A DNA stretch of 35,838 bases from Sphaeroforma arctica JP610 (Eukaryota): positions 3,564 through 39,401 of the forward strand of contig NW_014040464.1 of assembly GCF_001186125.1 (NCBI RefSeq), read 5' to 3'. The notes under the pieces are model-generated. The model saw only the letters and a program-made list of their open reading frames with translations, was not told the DNA's origin and searched no databases. The translations under genes were made by a program, and so were the position numbers. Below, in pieces: positions 9,698-23,200 of this stretch (position 1 is its first letter; each line of letters starts with the position of its first letter).

Positions 9698-11320
9698 GCT
9701 ACACCTGATCCGTATATATATATGTATTTATGTATGAATTTGAATATGCACAAATGTGTGTGCGTGTTTATCGAGTCGGACACGAGTATACTTGCGTAGC
9801 CACAGAGTATGTCGTACTTGGGAGTCACATCGTACGACAATCAGACCGTGAACAGACCTGCAGGCTTTCTGAATTAGACCAGATCAAGTAAGTAGACCAA
9901 CACTGTATATACACACCTAAACTTCGATAGACAAATTGAAATTGAACATTCTAAGAATTAAAAAAAGAAGTAATAATGCTGTGTTTGGCCTTCTTTATGT
10001 CATTGATGTGGTTTAAGGAATTGGTACACATGTATTGCGAGCATCTGTAAGGAATGAGTTTCCGATGTTCCTTACCATGCCTAAAACCCTAAAACACTAT
10101 ACCGGCCATGCCTAAAGCCCTATACCGATCGTGCCTAAAACCTTATACTGACTATGTCTTGTTGTTCGCACTGCATCTCAGCGGACCATTTAAGTTCTCT
10201 CTCCTGCACATAGAACCACTCTTTTATGCAACTCACGATCTACCTATAGCGAAAATATTCGTAGATTACTACTTGAGATCTGCCAAAGATAGCAGCACAC
10301 TCCATCCTACGCCAATCCTTGTACACTACTAGGCCTTGAATGCGTGTCATGTGACCAGGTGGGGTCAATCGAGATGCTTTAACTCGATTGCCGCCCAGTA
10401 GTGCTTATACGGAAGAGTAACACTCTACAGAGTACCTTCAATTGCAGTAGCCGATAGTATATCATACTGTGCTGTCGATGGATGTATTCTGGTTGGCTGT
10501 GGCAACGCTCAGAAAGAATGCAAACCCAAATGACAGCGTTCTTGCCGACCGCAAATGCGGTGCTATACAGCTTATTCTGCATTCTCGTACTTCCTCATTC
10601 AGCCTATTCTGCATTCTCGTATTTCCATCAGACAACCTTGCTTCGGACCACAAGTACGTGCCAGGCTGCGTATATGCACCACCACGTGTCGAATGGCAGC
10701 ATTCCGTGCAACCACAGACTAGTGCGAAACACAAACTAGAGTCAAGCTCAAGTACTGTATCCCACATTTCCTCATACGCACAGTACGACGGTTGTAATGG
10801 CGCAGGATTGCCACTAGCATAAAGTAAAAAGACATTTGAAAACGATTATGTTGGGGTTTCCGTTGGAAATTGGGCTGAGTACGATTTCGAATGCCTCTCG
10901 CCATACTTCTCATCGTCTATGCCTGCACTAAATATCGCGCGCATTACCAGAGTATAGTATCCATCGAGCATATACCTGGGCTTGACTTCATTATATTGCG
11001 AGTGCGAATATCTTAATTCTATTCCACGAGAGTTGAATCTCAAGCCCTAAGAGAAGTTTAGGCTATGATCGTGGATCCTTCATAACCCCAGAATTGATGT
11101 TGGCTGTCCGCGGCCATGCACACAATGCTACTATACACACAGCCTTCTTGCCTTCAGAAGGCTGTGCGATGGTCATACACTCCATTTGATGTTAAAGTGG
11201 ATGCAGCCCATGCTGCGTATGTTCGACTCCAGGAGTGGCGACCCACAACGGGCAATGTATATTAAGTGCATTTGGGGGGGTTTTCTTGATGGAGGATTTG
11301 ACGGTGCAAACTTTATTAGA

Positions 11321-14106
11321 CTACAAGGGCGGCGGTACATAACGGGCCTGGCGCCGACCTTTGTTTGTTGGCGAGGCTCCAGTGCCCGGGAAAGCAGGTG
11401 TGGGTCCTAGTAATTGTTGCGACGCAGCTGGAGATTGTGGGCTCGTCGGTGCGCCTGATGGTGGAAATAAAGTTATGTATAGATGTATCAGGAAGAGGTA
11501 GTGTATTGATAGTTGTGAATGTACGCATCAGAATCAAAGTGATATACTGCACGTGTAGATGATAGTAGACTGGCCGGTGTGCCCGACGATGGACTTCGAG
11601 TTTTGAATAGCCGCATAAGAAACGGTTGAGATATTGACGATGGTGAATGTCTACATGCTTGATATCACACAACAAACCCATGTGACATACACTACTTCAA
11701 CATCGAATATTCTCCTACAGAGCCAATCTACCTCCTTACCAATGGTGGCAGGCGATGGAGGAAGAGGCGCACGGCTCTCCCAAGCTACAACAGATACCTC
11801 GACCTCGTACAGCAACACTCATAACAAACAGAACACAACACAACGCGAATACAACATCCGGCTCAATCGCCAAACAACTCAATCCTAAAACAACCCAATC
11901 TCTCGCCTCACCCATGGCAGCGGGCGATGCAGACGATGAAGGTGCACCGCTATCCCCGGCTGTCAGATAACTCGACATCGGAGGTGGGGCGATGGGCCCT
12001 GCAGGAGCTGTCTCCTCTTCCTCAGGTTCGTTCCCTCCCGCCTGTGAGAAACGTGTGGTTTTAGGGTTTAGGGTTTAGGTTGTTAGGGGTGTATGAGTGT
12101 ATGGGAACGAGAAAGAATGTCAACTCTACACAAAGAAAAACATGGCGCACGATGCTCTGTAGTTTATAACTCGCACAACACACTCATACAGAAACGGTCA
12201 AAAGGCAATGCACACCGCATTCTCGCCTGTCGTAGATAGAATAAGTGCAGCTGTACCGGAGAATATATGTTCTATTGCGGATTCGGTTCCATAGTAGACA
12301 GACATCGAGAAGGGCGAGCCGCAAGCTCACTGCTTGATACACACATACCAAATCAATCCACTTCTTCTCGACAGGATCCCATTTGATGGTATTCTCTTGC
12401 TTCCACGGATCTTCCTGTGATGGAGATGAAGAAAGGTGGGGGAGCACCTCATAATGTTAACTCCAAGAAACATAAAATAGCCCTTCCAACTATCGAATAT
12501 GCCCGTGACATATATGTATAGCACGACGTTTCAAGTCGCGTGAATTGCTTGTCAGCCCTTGTACTCGGTACGGATAATATTAACCTATCTACCAGCTAAA
12601 ACCGTAAAGTCTAGCGATCTACGCCCACCAGACCCATACTACAGATATACATGCACAGACTCATACTACAGATATATATGCACAGGTCCATACTAAAGAT
12701 ATACATGCACAGACCCATACTACAGATATACATGCACAGACCCATACTACAGATATACATGCACAGACCCATACTACAGATATACATGCACAGACCCATA
12801 CTACAGATATACATACACAGACCCATACTACAGATATACATGCACAGACCCACACTACAGATATATATGCGCAGTAAACGATACGCTCCACTTGTCGGAC
12901 TAATGCGACACGTTGCCCACACAGTCATGGTTGGGTGGGGCTACCTACCTCCTCTGTCTGCTGGGGCACGACCGGCAGCCAACTCTTGATGGAACTGAAC
13001 CACCCACCAACACCCCCGCCCGTCTCCGCAGCCTTCTCGCTGCGCTGCTGTGTTACTGAATGCCGTTGGTGGTGTTCAGGTTCGCCCACGTGGTCACTCT
13101 GGTTGAAGGCACTCAGTGGTTCGTGTGTGGGCTCTACTTCATACTGTTGAAGCGTCTGTTGTATGTGATTTGTGAAACAGGCGTACGAGCGCGTCAGGGT
13201 TGGGGCTGATAAAGAGCCGAGGATAAAGACAACAAGGTCCAAAGCATGCCCGGTTGGATGCCAATAAGTTTAGTATGTATCGGAATGGTATTTGATATAT
13301 GTATCGCACACACTACAGTGCAAAGAAGACATTCTGGATTGTTTCAAGTGATCATCGATTAAAAAACCCTTGTGTACGTATGAAGTCTTCACATAGGAAG
13401 GAAAAGTAATTCTTGGTCCCGATCATACAAGTCAAGACATGCTGGTTTAATATGGTGCACCGATTGGGAGTGCAATTACCCCGACAGATGCCGTATAAAT
13501 AGACAATCACAATGTATTTGAAACAACGTACACCAACCATGCGAGTATCGGCAGATGTCCTTGCGTACACTTATGTGTGACCCCACTATAGTGTACAACG
13601 GTGAAATGTGTGCATAGATAACCCTGTGAATAAATGTATAAATAGGTGACCATTATAATGTACTATGGTGAAATGTGTGTATAATAACACTGTGAATAAA
13701 TGCATAAATATGTGACTCTGTGAATGTATCTATGTATGGCAGAACTGACGACTGAATAAGAAACCCTGCGAAGTGCACATGTCAAGTACAAATACGTAAA
13801 AAAAGTCCATACGTACGGATAAACACCTGTGACGTGCACAAGCATTGTACATACCTGCGGTGTGGGGTGCTGCTTAGGCGACAGTTGATCTTGAACAGGT
13901 GCAGGAGAAGGTACAAAGCCAAGGGCCGACAGCGATGAACCCATAAGCTTTGTACTGTGTAGGTGAAGCGACGGTTGATTCGTATGTCAATGTCTGGGAA
14001 TGTGCCAGCACTCAGATACGGGGTGTGGCGTGGAATTTATAGGTTCATTTTGTGCAGAGATTGCACCCAGCATACACACAGCAAACATATTCACATACAC
14101 CCCCGT

Positions 14107-14141
<35 letters not shown>

Positions 14142-14164
14142 TACATAGATATTCACACACACAC

Positions 14165-14247
<83 letters not shown>

Positions 14248-14436
14248 CATATGCATTATATATATATATATACATATATATATACATATATACACATATA
14301 TACATATATATATATATACTTACATTCATACACATATAAATAGATACATACATCATACATACACACATATTCACACACGCACCCGTATATATATATACAT
14401 GCATACATGAATATGTATAGAAGTATACACACACAC

Positions 14437-14471
<35 letters not shown>

Positions 14472-15843
14472 ACTGTTAAAACTCTGTGCACTACTGATGA
14501 GCAAATATTCGTACTGTACCTGGCATTAAACTACCACCCTACATTCAGAACTCGGTTAAAGCGTTTAAAGCACAGCTAAATCACTGTGTACACTACGGAA
14601 ACGGACAAGGCTATAAACACCCACACAAGAGCATATAAAACAACCCCAGACATAGGTAAAAACAAATACGGGCAAGAACAGGCCATTCACCGACAGAGAC
14701 ACCCACCGCACCTACCCAGACACAGGCATGAAGGGTGGCTGCGGAGTACCGTCAACGGGCGACACAACAGTCGCAGGATTTGCCGATAAAGCGTCGCACG
14801 AGTGTGCGTGAGGCGAGGCTGGGTTTGTGATCATCGAGGTGGCGCTGTAACGTGAGGTCTCTGCCCATAGGCCCTGAATGGCGTGGTTGTATGTGTATGA
14901 GAAATGTGACTACATACCATGATCAGGTAATGTGACTACATACCATTGATCAGGCATTGTGACTACATACCATGATCAGGTAATGTGACCACATACCATT
15001 GATCAGGCATTGTGACTACATACCATGATCAGGTAATGTGGCTACATACTATGATCAGGTAATGTGACTACATACCATGATCAGGTAATGTGACTACATA
15101 CCATGATCAGGTAATGTGACTACATACCATGATCAGGTAATGTGGCTACATACTATGATCAGGTAATGTGACTACATACCATGATCAGGTAATGTGACTA
15201 CATACCATGATCAGGTAATGTGACTACATACCATGATCAGGTAATGTGACTACATACCATGATCAGGTAATGTGACTACATACCATGATCAGGTAGTTTT
15301 TAAATGTGTTGTAATAGACAGAACAGCGCTCGCGATGGAACTCTGAACGAGTGATTGTTCACACGTGTTGGGCTTTACCAGTGGTACGCTTTGAGTCGGT
15401 GCACTTTAACTAAAAGCACAAAGAATGTGAGGAACAGCAGTTTTCAACGCGGTGCTTATGCGTACTCCACACAACGTCGCCCAATGAGGAATACGATGTC
15501 ATACGAGTCAAAGGTCAGCAGTCAATCGGGCAGAAAGTAATAGACACACACAGACACAACACACATGTAAATAGATAAAACACAGCATAATATAAACATA
15601 AACATTCACAAACTTACACATTTACATATACTTATACATACACATATACGTATATGTATATATAAATACATGCATACGTACCTGTATCCATACACACATA
15701 CCTATATAGATATAGATATAGATATTGATGTATAAAAATAGAAATATATAGATACAGAAATATAGAAATAGAAATATATATATATAGAAATACATGTATA
15801 TATATAACCCAACCCTAAAACCCTAAAACATATATATATATGT

Positions 15844-15894
<51 letters not shown>

Positions 15895-15901
15895 CACACA
15901 T

Positions 15902-15934
<33 letters not shown>

Positions 15935-17233
15935 GTTAAAAGTCAGCTATTATTACCTGCGAGGCGGGTGGTACCAGTGGCATAAAACTTTGTGCCGGTA
16001 CGTTAATGTTGTGTGGCATCGCGGGACTCCCATCAGCACCGACTGTTGCCGTGGGTGGTGGTGATGATGGATGGCTGATGTGTGGTGGCATCTGGGGCTG
16101 AAAGGGTGAGGTCTGCTGTGCAGTAGAGGGTGGTCCCTCCATAGCAGTCGCAGGCACAGGTGACTGGAAAGGCTTTGCTGCGACACTTGGTGTATTGCTG
16201 CTGTCTACGTGCATGGGCTCCTGGGGAAGCGAGAGAGCGTGAGGGGGTGCACCAAAATGACTGGGGGGTGGCGCTGGTGAGAAACTCGGCAGCGGTGGCA
16301 TTGGCTGTGACCCCGAAACCGCCCCGTTTGCGGGTGTACTGGTTAGTGCAGGTGCCGGGGCGAATATCTGTCCCGGACTTGCATGGCCCTGTCCGTGTAG
16401 TGGGGGTGCAGGTGCTATCATGTGCGGTGTGGCGGTGGCGTGATTCTGCACCGGGATAAACGGCGGCGGGGGTGCGTTGGGGTCGTACATTGGTTGGGGT
16501 CGTACTAAATCAGCCTGGTCTTGTATCTGGCTGCTGCTATAACTGCTGCTAGCGGCACGCATCTCTGAGACTGCAGCGGCTGTGGTGCCTTTGGGTCTGT
16601 CGGTGTCGTCGAGGGTGGTGGTCATGAAGGCATTGAGCTTCTCCACACCGCTCGCCATCTTGCGGAACCACTGTGCGGGCTTTGCAATTGCTTCGCTGGG
16701 TCTGTGAGGGTTTAAAGGACGGTTAGGGTTTAGGGTGTAGGGTTGTGGTCCAGAGATAAGCAGATATAAGGATTGACTTAGCCTGAGAACCTAATTCAGG
16801 ATATTTAGGGTTTGGAAGTTATGCAACGTATACACTTGCCCCGAGTTTCTCTACGGAGACGAACCATCCAGTATTGCGGTACAAGGAGGCGTACAGGCTA
16901 AAAGTCAAATTGCGAAGTTTTCTTAGAGAATCTCCCTACCAATCAACACACGTACCATAGTTGCCCACAAAAAAATCACATCGCACAACAGCACTGAGAC
17001 GCCCTCAACTCACACCCAATTATTACATCCTAGAGGAGATCGAGAGGCCGAAAGAACATCATTGCCACCAGTATTCAATGATGGTATATACAAGATACTC
17101 TATATATATACAAGATACTCTCCCTATATATATATATATATATATATACGTTTACATATACATTTACATACACACATACACATACATATATATATATATA
17201 TATACTATATATATATATATATAATATACTATA

Positions 17234-17281
<48 letters not shown>

Positions 17282-20200
17282 TAAGTATAATAATAATAAT
17301 AATAATAATGTATAGATATATTTATCTGTCCAATACTTGAATTACTCGACCTACCCAACGGCCTGGTCCACGAAGCCCATATCGGCGATTCTTGCAGCGT
17401 GCACTAATTTGAAGGGCTGCAGAGCCGGTAGCGTGAAGCGTGGATTCCTTAACGCGTTCGCGTACTCGTACATTTCCGTAAGCTATACAAGCGACAGACA
17501 GTGCGGAAAGAGATTGACAGGTTAGTGTCAGCAACGCGCGTGGGGACTGTACGATTGTGGGTTTGTACCGCAAGCTGCACGTTTTGTAGTGTAGGTGTGC
17601 ACGCACTGATCCTTTTTCAATACCGAACTGCCAGCAACTGTAACTAATCTGTGCCAGACCCTATCGAACACATCATATCCTAATTTTGGTGGGCGGTTCG
17701 CATGGTGTTGAGGCTGAGCGCTTAACCTGGCAGGTGCTTCTGCGTTTCGCAGCTCAATCTGGTGTAAGCCACACTACATTTGTCCCGAAGTACAACCGAG
17801 ATTAGAGAGGTTCGGTACATCCCAATCAACTACTCTAAAGGTCTCCGCCTCCCAGATACACGCATGATGTATTCGAACTAAACACTTCAACCGACTTCAC
17901 ATTCGCGCATGATCTTGTGCACACGGATGTGGGTGTCTACATATCCTATGCTAAAAACAAGTGCAGAAGCGCACTCACCTGAATGTTGCAGTCGGGAAAG
18001 TGCAGGTCACCGTCATGGAAGCTCTTTCCAATCAGTGTGAATCTAGCACCCGGCATCAAGACAGCAGGCTCCTCTCCAGCACACATGAAACTGTGGCAAA
18101 AGCAGTGGAGTCAGCAAAGGACTACTACACATAAAGGTATTGATATGCATAGACCTTAAGGGTATTGATATGCACAGATCTAGACTCTCTTGGCGATATA
18201 TGTGAGAACACGCAGACCGGATGTTAAAAATAGATTATCCTAACCATGCATACAAGCCCACGTAATCACGATGTAAATAGACATGTGTACTTAAATGATT
18301 GTATGGGGTTCATGTGCACTTAAAAAACATGCACGGGGGTGAGTGCTTACAGCAAGACAACAAGCGCACCACACAGAGACTCCCAATGGGATACACCAAG
18401 TACCTACGCAGGGCACAGCACTGTACAGACGCAGCACGAAGTAGCAAAGCCACGGAATAGGCACAGATACACCCACACGAACGTGCAAACCCACCAGACA
18501 TGGGCACCGTGGATATGGCCCGAATCCAACAGACGATCACCCAGCCGCAGGATATTCTTCGCGTTGTTGCCATCCGCGCTGTCCCGATTGGACAGTAGCA
18601 TGCACAGATTCTCCCGCCAGCCGCTGGTGTCGTCGCTGCTGGTGTTGTCGTTGTGATCGCCTGACATTCTACCACGTGCACTGGCGCCGCTGGCCATGCC
18701 ATCACAGCTGCCCGTGTGCCTGTGGTGGGCCGAGTGGGTCTCTGGAGCGCTGCCCTGGCTGTTCTGGCCAGCAAACTCCGTCGCTTCGTCACCCAGCACC
18801 CCCTCGCAGTACTGCACAAACAGCATGAGCATGGGATGACGCGGCGGGAACTCGGCGATGGCATAGCGCAACAGCACGCGATGGAACACCAGCGCGTCCA
18901 CATGCGACGACATGGCCAGCGCACACGCCCACATGCCCTCGTCTACAGCCAACACCACTGAAGCGAGATAGAAGCCGCCAAACGGTATGTCTTAGTTGAC
19001 TCGGTTTGGTGTATGTACATGGGAAAGTGTTGTAGTTGCGGGTGAAGGATGGTGCTACAGAGAGACTTCAATGCGAGGCAAGTACGTCACAGTGCAAGAG
19101 CATGGCCAGCACGAAAGCAATTGCCTTCATTGTACAGAGAAGCACTGAGAAGCCATACAATCGTCGAACATGGATACGTCAACGGACAAAAACTACACAC
19201 ATTCTGCAGGAACATATACGCAATATAGATATATTTATATATATTATCAATATCCTATGCTAAGATTCACTATACTGCGATCCAATGACGCCCAGAGATA
19301 TACACGCATCTCATTGCCGCACTAAGATATACGAACACATAAAAAAAGTGCAAGTGTTCTGGCAGATACTGTGCATTGTGCATTGCGTCTGCTTTCCCGA
19401 ACAGACATTGCAACTGCAAAGGAGTAATGCATATTCAAATCGACACAATTCTGGCTTCATCCACAGTCCGCAGCAACAAGCCCACTGTCCCTGCTTAAAC
19501 AGCTGTACGTACCTGCGTCTTGCTGTTTGCCTTCAGTCATTAGCTGCGTGATTTGCTTCAGCATGGCTGTGTTACGAGCGACCGTATTCTGCTTCCTCTT
19601 CGAAGACTGCAAGCCTGCAATAATTTCAAAGGATAATGTGGCCCAGCAAAGTACATCAGTCAGTGCCGTGCAGTAGCCGGTACATACTTTACATACTTGC
19701 TATTGCCAATGGATTTACACCTACCGAATTATTGCCCACCACACGTCAACAGAAACGCCGCGCGGCCCGAGTGCATACTGCCATTGCTTTGACGCCACAG
19801 ATAAAACTCATGTTTCCAGTGTCACGCACTCGCAATCAGAACAGGGGTGACTATAAGCCGAAAGATATGCGCGCACTATCTGGAAATGTATCGGCTTCCA
19901 ATCAGTATGTACAGCCACATCGACATGCTGGTGTAGATATACGCTCGTATCATAAATCCAACAATCCGTATTGGGGTTGAGTACATCAACACATCCTAGT
20001 GCATACCAAGGCGCTAGCGTGTCTAATTCCATTTCGCATTCAACAACGTACACTGATCTAACTTTGCGAATTACAGAGAACCGGCTAAATGTTCCCACGC
20101 GCCGGCACACGTAGACCAAATCGAGACACACTCGGCATCAGCACCTCAGTGAGTAGCACGAAAATACCTACCGATCTGATCTAGCGCTTCTGATTGGCTC

Positions 20201-23200
20201 TGCTTGACGCCGATGAAGGCCGATTCATCGTCCGTGGTGATCAACAGATCCACCAGGTCTTGGCTCATTGTGCGACCGCCGTTGTCGGCTTGGGTGCCCA
20301 TGCCTTTGTTCTTAACCAGGAACGCAAGGAAGTCGTAGATGAGATTGTCGGGATACGCTTCGTTGGACTTCTGCTGCAGGAAGTGTAACACGGCGGTCGG
20401 ATCGGTGTTGGGTAGTAGAGGGCCTGAGGTAGAAAAGCGGACAAATCAGCGACACAATACCTAATTATTTTTTAAAAACTCAGCCATAGCTTATACATAG
20501 CACCCAAGCGCTTCGAAATATGAAGAAAGAATCTCATGGAACCACTTGATCTGCGCAGATACTGGGTGTGAGAAGGCACACGCACAATATACACAACCGC
20601 TTACCTGGAAACGTGGCCAGCGCTTGGTAGTATTTAGTTTGGGCGGTGATTGACCCGACGGAGGAAACCTTCACCTGCGCATCCCGCCCATTCACTACAG
20701 CCACGCTCCCACCAAACCCGAACGACACAAACGGCACCGCGGGCCTGCCAATGGTCCTGCGCGCCGTAGTGTCTGACACATACATCGATGGCGCGTTGCT
20801 GCGTGCGTCTGTGGTACTGTCCACCACGCCACCCCCACTCTGTGTGTCTCGGTCACCGCTGTTGAACTCGTGCACGCTGCTGGTGAGTGTGGCGGTGCCG
20901 TAGCCGTAGCCCCTTGCGGAGTCGTGTTCGTGCTCGTGCTGTAGTGTGGGTGGAGGATATGTTGCAGGCGACACACCAGTCTGTGTAAGTTCCGTAGAAC
21001 GTGGTATAGTACCAGCGCCCGGTGCCTTATTTGCATCCAACTTGTCTGAGTTGGTATCGACATCTTGCCCAACTACAGAGCCGGTACGCGATACACCGGC
21101 CACCATGAGGCTCGCAGGCACAAAGTCTGTTGACTGTGATCGGGTGACGTTGTTGATAATAGTTGGCTCGGTAGCCTCACCGGCCTGCTGATTGCCCCCC
21201 TCTGTGCCGTTCCCAAAGAAACCCTCGTAGTTGGCAGTACTGCTGTCGGTCACAGGCGCGCTGTGTTCAAACGCGCCATCAGCCTGTGCATTGGTTTCGG
21301 ACGACTCTTGCGGTTGCTTGAATGCTTGTACCTGTGCTAATGACGGCAAGCCGGGCACGCCCGTTTGACTGGGCTCTGGCATATCTGTTACTTCTACTGG
21401 TGGTGCGGCAGCAACACTATCCGTGTACGTCCCAACAGTTGAAGCATCGGGATTGAAGTACCCACCAGCCATGGGAGGTGGAGCCGAGGCCGTCTCTTCT
21501 GTCCTATTTATAGCGTTACCTGCCGGCATTGTAGGGTTGAAGAACCCACCCACGGTCGGCGGAGGCGGGGCACCAAACATCATTGCGGCTGATGGGTGGC
21601 TTGTACTGATAGCAGGAGCTTGCCGATCAGCCGTCTCAGCCGGTTGGTCCTTTGGTTCTGTACCCTCAGTTGCCATATCCTGAGCGGGTGGAGCTTGGGC
21701 ATTGGACAGGGAACTATCTTGCGCAAACAACGCATTCGCCGTGGGCGGGGGTTGCGCACCGAACGCTGTACCTGAGAGCGTCGCTTGCGGTGTCGCGTTG
21801 TCAGGTGCCTGGGGAGAGTTCTCGTAGCTACCACCACTCGCCATTAACGGAGGTTGCATTTGCATCTCAGACATGGGCGGGGCTGACGGCTGTATGCCCA
21901 CAGGCTCAGACGCTGCTGTCGCTGGCGCTTGCGGTTGCCCATATTGGACATCTACCGGAGGTGCTGCACTGTTCTGCGAACCAAACAATGACATGTCCAC
22001 TGACGCAGTAGGCTTGACATCCGCATACGCCGCCGCCTGTTCGCCCTGCTCCGTGGGCATACCCACTGGGGGTGCGCCAGGATTAAAGTATCCCGACATA
22101 GAAGGGGCTTGTATGGCAGATCCTTGCGCCGGTGATGTCGGGGTAAATATGTTGCCTACGGTTTCTAAGTGTGGAGCCGTGGCTAGTGTGTCTGGCTGGG
22201 TCGACTGGCTGGGTACTGGGGGAGGGCCGGGTGTGAAGAAAGCACTGGCTGAAGGTGAGGGTTGCGTGCTGAACATATGCGACGCCGAAAACTGATTGTG
22301 GTCTCTGCTGCTAGTATCGGCAGGGTGTGATTGCGTTCCACTGGTTTCTGGTTGCGTGGGGGGAGGACCCATTGGTGATGCACCGAAAGTGGTACCGGAA
22401 TTGGTACCGGAAATCAACATGCCGCTCGTGCCTGTAGATTGGCCCGCGCTGAACATGTGTGATGCTGATATTGGGTGTTGTTCAGCAGGTGACTCACTTG
22501 TTGCGATTGGCCACGCCTGCTCCTGTACAGCGGGTTGTTGGGCTACTGGTTCGGACACAGGTGGATGTGCACCTGAGAACAATCCCCCACTGTCCCCGTT
22601 CGATGGAGGCGCTCCAAATAACCCCGAGGCTGTTGGGTGATGCGTATCTGTTAAGGATACGTTGTCTTCTACGGCAGTGTGTGCAGAATCTGGTTGCGCA
22701 TGCACTGTAGATGGCGGTTGAGGTGGCTCAGGCACGTCCGAGGGCTGGTCTGTGCTGAGTGCAGTATCCGCAGTAGGCGGAAAACTTTGCGCAGTCACCG
22801 GTGGTGGCGAAGGATTTGTTGTACCTACAGACGCTTCAGCCTGTCCATTGGACAGATCACACGTATTCAGGGCGGCAGGGGGTGCACTGCCGGAAGAGTC
22901 GTGTGCGTTCGCGGTTGGAGGAGCTCCAAACATTGGCATTGGTGAACTCGGTTCACTGACTGTCGATCCAGTGTCAGGCTGGTTCTCGGTCCCCAAATCT
23001 GCTTGCAACGATTGATTTTCGGCGAGGTTGGTGGTCGAAGCCTGTGTAGCCACACTTTTCTCTGGATTTGGGTTTTCACGCAAGCTGTCTCCAATTAATT
23101 CCGCATTCTGAACATTGGCCTGTTCTGATTGGCTGTAATTAAACGCGCTGTTATCGGTACCTGTTTGTTCTAATTCTGATTCTGGTACCGCCCCAGATGG

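Noticed and set aside
12611..12989. Periodic ORFs (ICSMGLCMY / MHRPILQIY repeats)
   Set aside because: Translation of a 27-bp intronic minisatellite whose unit is a multiple of 3; no other coding evidence.
13987..14504. YI/IY-rich ORFs (also at 15702-15911 and 16961-17358)
   Set aside because: Translations of (TA)n/(CA)n microsatellites in introns.
16841..16935. Possible extra Sec16 exon with a GC donor (GGG|GCAAGT)
   Set aside because: No acceptor/donor pair gives phase 2 in and phase 2 out without a stop, and the peptide has no Sec16 resemblance.
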